The notes beneath the pieces are model-generated. The model was not told where the DNA came from, made no database searches, and saw nothing but the letters and a program-made list of their open reading frames with translations. Positions 1 through 7,622 of a stretch of 14,861 bases of DNA are shown piece by piece. Source of the DNA: a virus (taxonomy: Duplodnaviria > Heunggongvirae > Uroviricota > Caudoviricetes); IMG/VR virus record IMGVR_UViG_2778261068_000004; one strand, written 5' to 3'. The translations under genes and the position numbers were made by a program. Numbering within the stretch: the first letter of the stretch is position 1; each line of letters starts with the position of its first letter.

Positions 1-201
1 ATGATCCTGAAACAAGATCTGAAATGGTCACCGGACGGTATGCGTGTTGAGGTCATTCGGGCCGGTGAGTATGACGACGGGGCGCTTCCTGCCCGGGTGC
101 AGGAGATTGCACTTCAGGCCGGGTTAGCAGAGCGCGGAACCAGTGCAAAAAGCAGTAAAGCGGCAAAAGAGAAAAAAGCCACGACCAGTAAAGAGGGCTG
201 A
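1..201 (+). CDS. Small hypothetical head-module protein (66 aa as given; may be the 3' end of a longer gene running off the window)
   Basis: ORF in frame from position 1, Lys-rich C-terminus (AKSSKAAKEKKATTSKEG). It is followed 2 nt later by the next gene, which has an AGAGGG Shine-Dalgarno-like sequence. No recognisable motif. Confidence 0.3.
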   Translation: MILKQDLKWSPDGMRVEVIRAGEYDDGALPARVQEIALQAGLAERGTSAKSSKAAKEKKATTSKEG

Positions 202-203
202 GT

Positions 204-527
204 ATGCTTCTGACAATGGAAGAGATTAAAGCCCAACTCCGGCTGGATGAGGATTTCGATGCTGATGACCGCCATCTGCAACTGCTGGCCTGTGCGGCGC
301 AAAAGCGGACGGAAACGTATCTGAACCGGAAGCTCTATGCACCGGATGAAACCATTCCGGACAGCGATCCGGACGGGCTGCACCTGCCGGATGATATTCG
401 TCTGGGGATGCTGATGCTTATCAGCCATTTTTACGAAAACCGCTCTTCGGTTACGGAAGTGGAGAAACTCGACATGCCGCAGAGTTTTGGCTGGCTTGTC
501 GGCCCGTACAGGTACTTTCCGCAATGA
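204..527 (+). CDS. Head-tail connector / DNA-packaging protein (phage gp6-like family)
   Basis: 107 aa; N-terminus MLLTMEEIKAQLRLDEDFDADDRHLQLLACAAQKRTETYLNRKL matches the pattern I recall for gp6-like head-tail connectors (L-x-E-x-K-x-x-LR-x-D, acidic stretch, then L-x-x-L-I/A-x-AA). Overlaps the next gene by 4 nt (ATGA). Confidence 0.55.
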   Translation: MLLTMEEIKAQLRLDEDFDADDRHLQLLACAAQKRTETYLNRKLYAPDETIPDSDPDGLHLPDDIRLGMLMLISHFYENRSSVTEVEKLDMPQSFGWLVGPYRYFPQ

Positions 528-934
528 AAATTCGTCAGGCGCAGACCAGCGCAACCTACATTCTGCCGGACCCCGGCGAACTGAATAAACGCGTCCTGAT
601 CCGCCAGCGGGTGGATATGCCCGCGGATAACTTTGGCGTGGAGCCTCAATATCCGGTTGCGTTCCGGGCATGGGCGAAGGTTGTCCAGACCAGTGCCACC
701 ACCTGGCAGGAAACCGCGCAGACCGGAGACGCCATCACCCATTACATCACCATTCGCTACCGCCGGGGGATCACCGCTGATTATGAGGTGGTCTGCGGTG
801 ACAGTGTGTACCGGGTGAAACGTCAGCGTGATCTGAACGGGGCGCGGCGCTTTCTGCTGCTGGAGTGTACGGAGCTGGGCGAATTTACGCAGAGTCACGG
901 AGGCAACAATGGCGACTTCCTTTTTGCACGTTGA
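524..934 (+). CDS. Head closure / head-tail adaptor protein (SPP1 gp16 / HK97 gp9-like)
   Basis: 136 aa; contains F-R-A-W-A-K-V ... W-Q-E ... I-T-I-R-Y-R ... Y-R-V ... L-L-L-E-C-T-E, the pattern I associate with phage head-tail adaptor proteins. Position between connector and neck genes fits. Confidence 0.55.
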   Translation: MKIRQAQTSATYILPDPGELNKRVLIRQRVDMPADNFGVEPQYPVAFRAWAKVVQTSATTWQETAQTGDAITHYITIRYRRGITADYEVVCGDSVYRVKRQRDLNGARRFLLLECTELGEFTQSHGGNNGDFLFAR

Positions 935-1415
935 TTTTCAGCAGCCCGCGGAGATGCGCTTTAACCGCGCCCGTGTCCGGCTGGCGTTTGTCACGATTGG
1001 TCAGCGTCATATGCGTGATGCCCGTCGGCTGGTGATGCGCCGTGCGCGGTCGGCACCGGGTGAAAACCCCGGTTATCAGACCGGACGCCTGGCTCGTTCG
1101 ATTGGTTACATGGTACCCAGAGCCAGTAAACATCGTCCTGGTTTTATGGCACGTATAGCCCCTAACCAGCGTAATGGAGAGGGAAACCGCCGTATCACCG
1201 GCGATTTTTATCCGGCTTTTTTGTTCTATGGCGTGAGGCGAGGGGCAAAGCGTCGTCGCAGCCATCATCGTGGTGCATCCGGTGGCAGCGGCTGGCGACT
1301 GGCTCCACGTAATAACTTCATGGTGGAAACGCTTGAAAAGAACCGCAGCTGGACACGCTATTTTCTGGCGCGGGAATTGCGTAAATCACTGAAGCCGGAG
1401 CGACGACACAGATGA
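909..1415 (+). CDS. Neck / tail-completion protein, HK97 gp10-like family
   Basis: 168 aa, very Arg-rich, includes TGRLARSIGY, which resembles the conserved core of HK97 gp10-family proteins. The start is ambiguous (ATG at 909 overlapping the upstream gene, or the internal Met at about 954). Ends in an ATGA overlap with the next gene. Confidence 0.5.
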   Translation: MATSFLHVDFQQPAEMRFNRARVRLAFVTIGQRHMRDARRLVMRRARSAPGENPGYQTGRLARSIGYMVPRASKHRPGFMARIAPNQRNGEGNRRITGDFYPAFLFYGVRRGAKRRRSHHRGASGGSGWRLAPRNNFMVETLEKNRSWTRYFLARELRKSLKPERRHR

Positions 1416-1972
1416 AACTGACGCCTGTTATTGCTGCACTGCGTGCCCGCTGTCCGTATTTTGAAAACCGGGTTGCAGGCGCGGCCCAGTTCAAAAATCT
1501 GCCGGAGGTCGGAAAGCTGAAACTCCCGGCGGCATATGTTGTACCGGGTGATGATTCTCCGGGAGAAAACAAAAGCCAGACCGACTACTGGCAGGAGCTG
1601 AAAGAGGGTTTCTCCGTGGTTGTCATACTGAGTAACGGGCGTGATGAGCGCGGTCAGTTTGCCTCGTATGATGTGGTGGACGATGTCCGGCAGATGCTCT
1701 TTAAGGTCCTGCTGGGCTGGAACCCGGAAGCGTGCGGTAACCCGATTACCTATGACGGCGGCACGCTACTGGATCTGAATCGTCATGAGCTGATTTATCA
1801 GTTCGATTTTTCGGTCATCAGCGAGCTGACCGAAGACGATACCCGCCAGCAGGATGAGCTGAACAGTCTGGATGAACTGCGAACGCTGGCGATTGATGTT
1901 GATTATCTCGATCCCGGTAACGGGCCTGACGGCGATATCGAACATCACACCGAAATAACCCTTCCTTCCTGA
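1412..1972 (+). CDS. Tail terminator / tail completion protein (Mu gp37 / DUF1834-like)
   Basis: 186 aa; N-terminus MKLTPVIAALRARCPYFENRV ... AAYVVPGDD is reminiscent of the Mu-type protein encoded just upstream of the sheath gene. The assignment rests on gene order plus weak motif recall. Confidence 0.45.
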   Translation: MKLTPVIAALRARCPYFENRVAGAAQFKNLPEVGKLKLPAAYVVPGDDSPGENKSQTDYWQELKEGFSVVVILSNGRDERGQFASYDVVDDVRQMLFKVLLGWNPEACGNPITYDGGTLLDLNRHELIYQFDFSVISELTEDDTRQQDELNSLDELRTLAIDVDYLDPGNGPDGDIEHHTEITLPS

Positions 1973-1980
1973 GAATCTTC

Positions 1981-2151
1981 ATGTTTGTGAAACCTGTTAA
2001 AGGGCGGTCAGTGCCTGACCCTGCCCGCGGTGACCTTTTGCCCACCGAAGGGCGAAATGTTGACGAGAACAACTACTGGCTGCGCCGTGAAGCAGCGGGT
2101 GATATCCGGCGCGTGAATAAAAAGGTGAACACCGATGACGATAAGCTTTAA
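1981..2151 (+). CDS. Small (56 aa) protein preceding the sheath gene (Mu gp38-like position); not in the supplied ORF track
   Basis: Read manually: ATG at 1981, TAA at 2149-2151, translation MFVKPVKGRSVPDPARGDLLPTEGRNVDENNYWLRREAAGDIRRVNKKVNTDDDKL. It fills the otherwise unexplained 1973-2134 gap and overlaps the sheath start by 17 nt. Weak ribosome-binding site. Confidence 0.3.
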   Translation: MFVKPVKGRSVPDPARGDLLPTEGRNVDENNYWLRREAAGDIRRVNKKVNTDDDKL

Positions 2152-3631
2152 CACCATTCCGTCGAATACGCTGGTTCCGCTGTTTTATGCGGAAATGGAT
2201 AACCAGGCGGCGAATACTGCACAGGACAGCGGAGCATCGCTGCTGATTGGTCATGCCAATAACGGTGCAGAGATTGTTGCCAACAGTCTGGTGCTGATGC
2301 CGTCGGCAGACTATGCACGCCAGATTTGTGGTGCGGGAAGTCAGCTGGCGCGTATGGTCGAGGCTTATCGCCAGACCGACCCGTTTGGTGAGCTGTATGT
2401 GATTGCCGTTCCGGAAGCCACAGGCGCGGCGGCAACGGTTACGCTGACGGTGACCGGGGAAGCAACCGAAAGCGGCACGGTGAATGTCTATGTGGGACGT
2501 ACCCGCGTGCAGGCTCCGGTGACCAACGGCGATAACGTCACGACGATTGCCAGCAGTATCAAAGATGCCATCAATGCCGTTCCGACTCTGCCGTTTACAG
2601 CTTCATCTTCGGCTGGTGTTGTCACGCTGACCGCGCGTCATAAGGGGCTTTGCGGGAATGAAATTCCTGTCAGCCTCAATTACTACGGCTTCGGTGGGGG
2701 CGAAGTGCTGCCAGCGGGCGTACAGATTGCCGTGGCGACGGGGACCGCCGGAACGGGCGCTCCGGTTCTCACCGGCGCGGTGGCTGCAATGGCGGATGAG
2801 CCGTTTGATTATATCGGTCTGCCGTTCAACGACACGGCCTCCGTTAACACGCTGGTGACCGAGATGAACGATACCAGCGGTCGCTGGAGCTATGCGCGTC
2901 AGCTGTATGGTCATGTGTATACGGCAAAGACCGGCACACTGTCAGAACTGGTGAACGCAGGTGACCAGTTTAACCAGCAGCACATCACCCTGGCGGGGTA
3001 CGAAAAAGAGACCCAGACGCCTGCCGACGAGCTGGCGGCAAGCCGTACCGCCCGCGCAGCGGTGTTTATCCGCAACGATCCGGCACGTCCCACGCAGACC
3101 GGTGAGCTGGTGGGTATGTTGCCTGCGCCGAAGGGGAAACGGTTCACGATGACCGAGCAGCAGACCCTGCTGTCTCATGGCGTGGCAACGGCGTATGTCG
3201 AAAGCGGGGGGCTGCGCATTCAGCGTGATGTCACCACGTACAGGAAAAATGCTTACGGGGTTGCGGATAACAGCTACCTCGACAGCGAGACGCTGCATAC
3301 CAGCGCGTATGTACTGCGCAAACTGAAATCCGTCATTACCAGTAAGTACGGGCGTCACAAGCTTGCCAGCGACGGTACCCGCTTTGGTCCCGGTCAGGCG
3401 ATTGTCACCCCGGCGGTAATCAAAGGGGAACTGCTGGCAACCTACCGTCAGCTTGAGCGTGCGGGGATCGTGGAAAACTACGAACTGTTTAAGCAGTACC
3501 TGGTTGTGGAGCGTGATGCCAGCGATCCGAACCGCCTGAACACGCTGTTCCCGCCTGACTATGTTAACCAGTTGCGTGTTTTTGCCGTGGTTAACCAGTT
3601 CCGTCTTCAGTATTCAGAGGAGTCTGCATAA
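2135..3631 (+). CDS. Contractile tail sheath protein (Mu gpL / gp39-like)
   Basis: 498 aa; AAGGTG Shine-Dalgarno 8 nt upstream of the ATG. Size, position and N-terminus (MTISFNTIPSNTLVPLFYAEMDN) are typical of Mu-type sheath proteins. TAATG overlap with the tube gene. Confidence 0.8.
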   Translation: MTISFNTIPSNTLVPLFYAEMDNQAANTAQDSGASLLIGHANNGAEIVANSLVLMPSADYARQICGAGSQLARMVEAYRQTDPFGELYVIAVPEATGAAATVTLTVTGEATESGTVNVYVGRTRVQAPVTNGDNVTTIASSIKDAINAVPTLPFTASSSAGVVTLTARHKGLCGNEIPVSLNYYGFGGGEVLPAGVQIAVATGTAGTGAPVLTGAVAAMADEPFDYIGLPFNDTASVNTLVTEMNDTSGRWSYARQLYGHVYTAKTGTLSELVNAGDQFNQQHITLAGYEKETQTPADELAASRTARAAVFIRNDPARPTQTGELVGMLPAPKGKRFTMTEQQTLLSHGVATAYVESGGLRIQRDVTTYRKNAYGVADNSYLDSETLHTSAYVLRKLKSVITSKYGRHKLASDGTRFGPGQAIVTPAVIKGELLATYRQLERAGIVENYELFKQYLVVERDASDPNRLNTLFPPDYVNQLRVFAVVNQFRLQYSEESA

Positions 3632-3987
3632 TGGCCCGTATCGGGGGAACCTGTTATTTCAAAATTGACGGTCAGCAGCTATCGCTGACCGGCGGCATTG
3701 AGGTGCCCATGAACAGGACGGTCAATGATGACATCATCGGCCTGGACGGTTCAGTGGACCGCAAGGAAACTCACCGTGCGCCTTATGTCAAAGGGACCTT
3801 CAAGGTGCCGAAGAATTTTCCGGTGAGCAAAATCACCTCGTCTGATGAGATGACCATCACTGCCGAGCTGGCGAACGGTCAGGTCTATGTATTGTCGTCC
3901 GCCTGGCTGCACGGAGAAGCGAACCATAATGCCGAAGAAGGCACGGTTGATCTTGAGTTCCACGGTGAAGAAGGGGATTACCAGTAA
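3631..3987 (+). CDS. Tail tube protein (Mu gpM / gp40-like)
   Basis: 118 aa, immediately downstream of the sheath gene with stop/start overlap. Size and order match the canonical myophage sheath-tube pair. Confidence 0.75.
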   Translation: MARIGGTCYFKIDGQQLSLTGGIEVPMNRTVNDDIIGLDGSVDRKETHRAPYVKGTFKVPKNFPVSKITSSDEMTITAELANGQVYVLSSAWLHGEANHNAEEGTVDLEFHGEEGDYQ

Positions 3988-4256
3988 TGAAAGAGCTTGA
4001 GTTAAAGAAACCGATTATCGCTCATGGTGAGACACTCTCCGTACTGGAGTTTGATGAACCCACCGGGAAGGATGTCCGCGAGCTGGGGTATCCCTACCAG
4101 ATGAATCAGGATGAGTCCGTCAGACTTCTGGCGCATGTGGTGTCGAAATACATTGTGCGGCTGGCGAAAGTGCCGCAAAGCTCTGTCGACCAGATGTCTC
4201 CGGCAGACCTGAATGCAGCGGCGTGGCTTGTGGCTGGTTTTTTCCTCCAGGCCTGA
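3987..4256 (+). CDS. Tail assembly chaperone, short (zero-frame) form
   Basis: 89 aa ORF between tube and tape measure genes, the conserved position of lambda G / Mu gp41-type chaperones. A T-TTT-TTC slippery heptamer lies at 4238-4244, just before its stop codon. Confidence 0.65.
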   Translation: MKELELKKPIIAHGETLSVLEFDEPTGKDVRELGYPYQMNQDESVRLLAHVVSKYIVRLAKVPQSSVDQMSPADLNAAAWLVAGFFLQA

Positions 4257-4405
4257 CGGCTGAATACCTCACTGATCGCTTCTTTGACTGCGCCAGCTAC
4301 TGGCGCATTAATCCCTTCGAATTGCTGAATATGCCGATCAGTGAAATTCCCTTGCTGGTCAGTCAGGCAAACAGGATAGAGCAGGAGAAACGCACACATG
4401 GCTGA
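4223..4405 (+). CDS. -1 frame extension of the tail assembly chaperone (lambda GT-like fusion product, predicted)
   Basis: Open frame in the -1 register relative to the chaperone, overlapping its 3' end and running up to the tape measure start. No plausible independent start: the ORF tracker used GTG at 4223. A slip at 4238-4244 would give a fusion of about 139 aa. Confidence 0.5.
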   Translation: MACGWFFPPGLTAEYLTDRFFDCASYWRINPFELLNMPISEIPLLVSQANRIEQEKRTHG

Positions 4406-6233
4406 ATTTGAGCTTAAGGCGTTGATCACCGGTGTCGACAGGCTTTCTCCCGCGCTGTCGAAAATGCAAAAGAAAATCCGGGGATTTAAACGCCAGGCGG
4501 AAGAGGCGTCACAGGGTGGGCTGGCGCTTGGTGGCGGACTGGCAGCGGGGCTGACGCTTTCCCTGAAATCTTATGCCGATCAGGAAAACGCCGCTACCGG
4601 GCTGAAAGTCGCCATGATGGATGCGAACGGCGAGGTTGGAAAGAGCTTTCAGGACATCAATAAACTGGCTATTGGCCTGGGTAACCAGCTACCCGGTACA
4701 ACGACTGATTTCCAGAACATGATGCAGATGCTGGTGCGTCAGGGGATCCCGGCAGAAAACATTCTGGGTGGTGTGGGTAAAGCGACAGCTTATCTTGCGG
4801 TACAACTGAAAAAAACACCGGAAGCGGCTGCCGAGTTTGCCGCAAAGATGCAGGATGCTACCGGAACGGCCTCAGAAGACATGATGGGGCTGTTCGACAC
4901 AATTCAGAAGGCGTTTTATCTGGGCGTTGACGACACCAACATGCTGTCATTCTTCACTAAAACCAGCTCTGTTCTGAAGATGGTGAATAAGGACGGTCTT
5001 CAGGCTGCACAGAGTCTTGCCCCCATCAGTGTCATGATGGATCAGATGGGGATGAACGGGGAGTCGGCAGGTAATGCCCTGCGAAAAGTTATCCAGTCCG
5101 GATTAAGCGTTAAGAAAATCAGGGACGTCAATAAAATCATGGCCCGCCAGAAACTCGGGGTACAGCTCGATTTTACTGATGGCAAAGGGAGTTTTGGCGG
5201 TCTTGATAACATGTTCAGGCAACTGGCAAAGCTGCGAAAACTGACCGACGTTAAGCGAACAGGTGTACTTAAGGCAATATTTGGTGATGATGCCGAAACC
5301 CTTCAGGTGGTCAATGCACTAATCGATAAAGGAAAGGATGGCTACGATCAGATCCAGCAGAAGATGAATAAACAGGCCAGCCTGAATAAACGTGTTCAGG
5401 CCCAGCTTGGTACGCTGTCCAACCTGTGGGAGGCAATGACGGGGACCGCAACTAACGGCCTTGCGGCTATTGGCGGCGCATTTTCTGGTGACGCCAAAAA
5501 TATCACGCAATGGCTGGGGGAGTTAGGGGAAAAATTCACGAAGTTTGCGGATGAAAATCCCCGGGTTATTCGCGGCGTCGTCGGGCTTGCTGCCGGTCTT
5601 GCGATTCTGAAACTGGGATTGATGGGCGTTGGCGGTGCCATCAGTATTGTCAGCAGGATCATGTCGATGACGCCGATTGGCATGATTGCGACGGCGATAG
5701 CCCTGGCTGCGGGATTAATTATCACTAACTGGGATGTTGTCGGACCTTATTTCAAGAAGCTCTGGGAAACCATTGGTCCTTATTTTGAGGCTGGCTGGGA
5801 ACTTCTGAAGAAGGTTTTTGCCTGGTCGCCGCTGGGGATGGTAATCAATAACTGGGGACCGGTTGTTAAGTGGTTTCAGGATATGTGGGACAAGCTGAAG
5901 CCAATTATTGAGTGGTTTACCGACAGTTCCGGTGACACGGTCGATGCCATTAACTCTGCGCAGTGGGGCGCGGGTGCTTATGATGCTTATGGGACGGGAA
6001 TACCGGCACGGGGATACACACCTTATCAGGCGGTAGATCCGGCTCAGTCAAACAACGCCTCCGATGCCACAGGCCCGAATCCCTTCATGATTAACAAAGC
6101 TTCTGAGCCAAAAGTTGATGGTGAGATCAAGGTCTCTTTTGTGAATTCGCCTCCGGGTATGCGGGTTATGGAAACGCGATCCAGCGGTTTTGATGTCAGC
6201 CATGATGTTGGCTATACGCGCTTTGGCAGGTAA
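4398..6233 (+). CDS. Tail tape measure protein
   Basis: 611 aa. N-terminal region has the core I recall for tape measure proteins (LPGTTTDFQNMMQMLVRQGIPAENILGG ... AAEFAAKMQDATGT). Also has long Gly/Ala-rich hydrophobic segments and C-terminal Trp repeats spaced about 11 residues apart. Sits directly after the chaperone pair. Confidence 0.85.
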   Translation: MAEFELKALITGVDRLSPALSKMQKKIRGFKRQAEEASQGGLALGGGLAAGLTLSLKSYADQENAATGLKVAMMDANGEVGKSFQDINKLAIGLGNQLPGTTTDFQNMMQMLVRQGIPAENILGGVGKATAYLAVQLKKTPEAAAEFAAKMQDATGTASEDMMGLFDTIQKAFYLGVDDTNMLSFFTKTSSVLKMVNKDGLQAAQSLAPISVMMDQMGMNGESAGNALRKVIQSGLSVKKIRDVNKIMARQKLGVQLDFTDGKGSFGGLDNMFRQLAKLRKLTDVKRTGVLKAIFGDDAETLQVVNALIDKGKDGYDQIQQKMNKQASLNKRVQAQLGTLSNLWEAMTGTATNGLAAIGGAFSGDAKNITQWLGELGEKFTKFADENPRVIRGVVGLAAGLAILKLGLMGVGGAISIVSRIMSMTPIGMIATAIALAAGLIITNWDVVGPYFKKLWETIGPYFEAGWELLKKVFAWSPLGMVINNWGPVVKWFQDMWDKLKPIIEWFTDSSGDTVDAINSAQWGAGAYDAYGTGIPARGYTPYQAVDPAQSNNASDATGPNPFMINKASEPKVDGEIKVSFVNSPPGMRVMETRSSGFDVSHDVGYTRFGR

Positions 6234-6253
6234 TGAAAAATTAATCTGTTAAT

Positions 6254-6278
6254 GAGTCCCACTCCGGTGGGATTTTTT
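6254..6278 (+). terminator. Intrinsic-terminator-like hairpin between the tape measure and DNA circulation genes
   Basis: AGTCCCAC (6255-6262), loop TCCG, GTGGGATT (6267-6274), with six consecutive T at 6273-6278. Lies entirely in the gap between the tape measure stop (6233) and the GGAG + ATG at 6294. Confidence 0.4.
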
Positions 6279-6293
6279 ATGTACGGAGTTTAT

Positions 6294-7622
6294 ATGACGT
6301 GGAAAGACAGACTTCAGGACGCGTCATTTCGCGGTGTGCCGTTTAAGGTTGAAGAAGAAAGTGCGGGAACCGGTCGTCGTGTGGAAACGCACGAATACCC
6401 GAACCGCGACAAACCCTATACCGAAGACCTGGGGAAAATCACTTTCCGCCCGTCCATCACAGCTTATGTGGTGGGAGATGACTGCTTTGACCAGCGCGAT
6501 CGCCTGATTGACGCGCTGAATAAACCCGGTCCCGGCACGCTTGTCCATCCGACTTACGGTGAGCTGAAAGTCTGTGTTGACGGGGAAGTTCGGGTCAGCA
6601 CATCGAAGAGTGAAGGGCGTATTGTCCGCTTTGACCTGAAGTTTGTCGAAGCGGGAGAACTCTCTTACCCCACTTCAGGTGCGGCGACGGCGCAGACGCT
6701 GATGTCATCCTGTTCTGCACTGGATGACTGCATCAGTGACAGCTTCAGTTGTTTCAGTATCGATGGCGTGGCAGATTTTGTGCAGAACGACGTCGTCGGT
6801 AATGCCAGCACAATGCTTGGGTATGTTTCTGATGCGATAAAAGTGGTGGATTCTGCCGTATCGGATGCCGCCAGGCTGTTGCAGGGGGATATCTCGGTAC
6901 TTCTGCCGCCGCCATCGTCAGGCAAAAATTTCGTTGAGCAGGTGCAGAAAATGTGGCGTACCGGGAAACGCCTTTATGGTAACGCCAGCGACCTGGTCAC
7001 CATGATCAAAACGCTTTCTGGTGTCAGCCTCGGCAGCGATTTGCAACCGCGCGGCGTCTGGAAAACGGACAGTAAAACCACCGCCACAGCGACGCAGCAG
7101 CGTAACGTGGTTGCCAGCACTCTTCGTACGACTGCAATCAGCGAAGCGGCGTATGCCGTCACACGATTGCCTGCGCCAACAACTCCCGCGGTGATGCAGA
7201 ATGCCGCAGTGGGGCAGTCAACAACACCCGCGCAGAGCACCGGCTGGCCTTCCGTCACGCATCCGGCACTGAACAATGCACCTGCGGTGAAAAACACGGT
7301 TGACCTGCCAACGTGGGAAGAACTGACCGACATTCGCGACACAATGAATACGGCAATTGATAAGGAGTTGTCCCGTACAACCAGTGATGCGCTGTTTCTG
7401 GCGCTGCGCCGGGTGAAAGCAGATCTGAATGCGGATATCAACACGCGCCTTGAACAGTCTGCGCGGATCATTCAGCGCACGCCGGATGAGGTTTTACCCG
7501 CGCTGGTGCTGGCGGCGACCTGGTTTGATAACGCGGCGCGTGACGTGGACCTTATCCGGCGTAATGCTATTACGCATCCCGGCTTTGTGCCGGTGATCCC
7601 TCTGAAGGTGCCAGTGCAATGA
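6294..7622 (+). CDS. DNA circulation protein (Mu gp43-like), baseplate-associated
   Basis: N-terminus MTWKDRLQDASFRGVPFKVEEESAGTGRRVETHEYPNRDKPY matches the DNA circulation N-terminal domain as I recall it. GGAG sits 5 nt before ATG 6294; the track start at 6252 would lie inside the hairpin, so 6294 is preferred. Thr/Ala/Pro-rich linker in the C-terminal half. Confidence 0.7.
   Translation: MTWKDRLQDASFRGVPFKVEEESAGTGRRVETHEYPNRDKPYTEDLGKITFRPSITAYVVGDDCFDQRDRLIDALNKPGPGTLVHPTYGELKVCVDGEVRVSTSKSEGRIVRFDLKFVEAGELSYPTSGAATAQTLMSSCSALDDCISDSFSCFSIDGVADFVQNDVVGNASTMLGYVSDAIKVVDSAVSDAARLLQGDISVLLPPPSSGKNFVEQVQKMWRTGKRLYGNASDLVTMIKTLSGVSLGSDLQPRGVWKTDSKTTATATQQRNVVASTLRTTAISEAAYAVTRLPAPTTPAVMQNAAVGQSTTPAQSTGWPSVTHPALNNAPAVKNTVDLPTWEELTDIRDTMNTAIDKELSRTTSDALFLALRRVKADLNADINTRLEQSARIIQRTPDEVLPALVLAATWFDNAARDVDLIRRNAITHPGFVPVIPLKVPVQ

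Noticed and set aside
114-898. Long minus-strand ORFs (114..671 and 431..898) overlapping the head-tail joining genes
   Set aside because: They are antisense to well-supported, tightly overlapping + strand genes in GC-rich sequence, with Arg/Pro-rich low-complexity translations typical of shadow ORFs. No start context or motif.
6252-6293. ATG at 6252 as the start of the DNA circulation gene (as in the ORF track)
   Set aside because: That start lies inside the terminator-like hairpin and has no Shine-Dalgarno sequence. ATG 6294 has GGAG 5 nt upstream and begins the recognisable MTWKDRLQDASFRGVPF N-terminus.
5396-7471. Minus-strand ORFs inside the tape measure and DNA circulation genes (5396..5725, 6974..7471 and similar)
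   Set aside because: Entirely embedded antisense to long + strand genes with clear family motifs. Their composition mirrors the sense strand. Treated as spurious.
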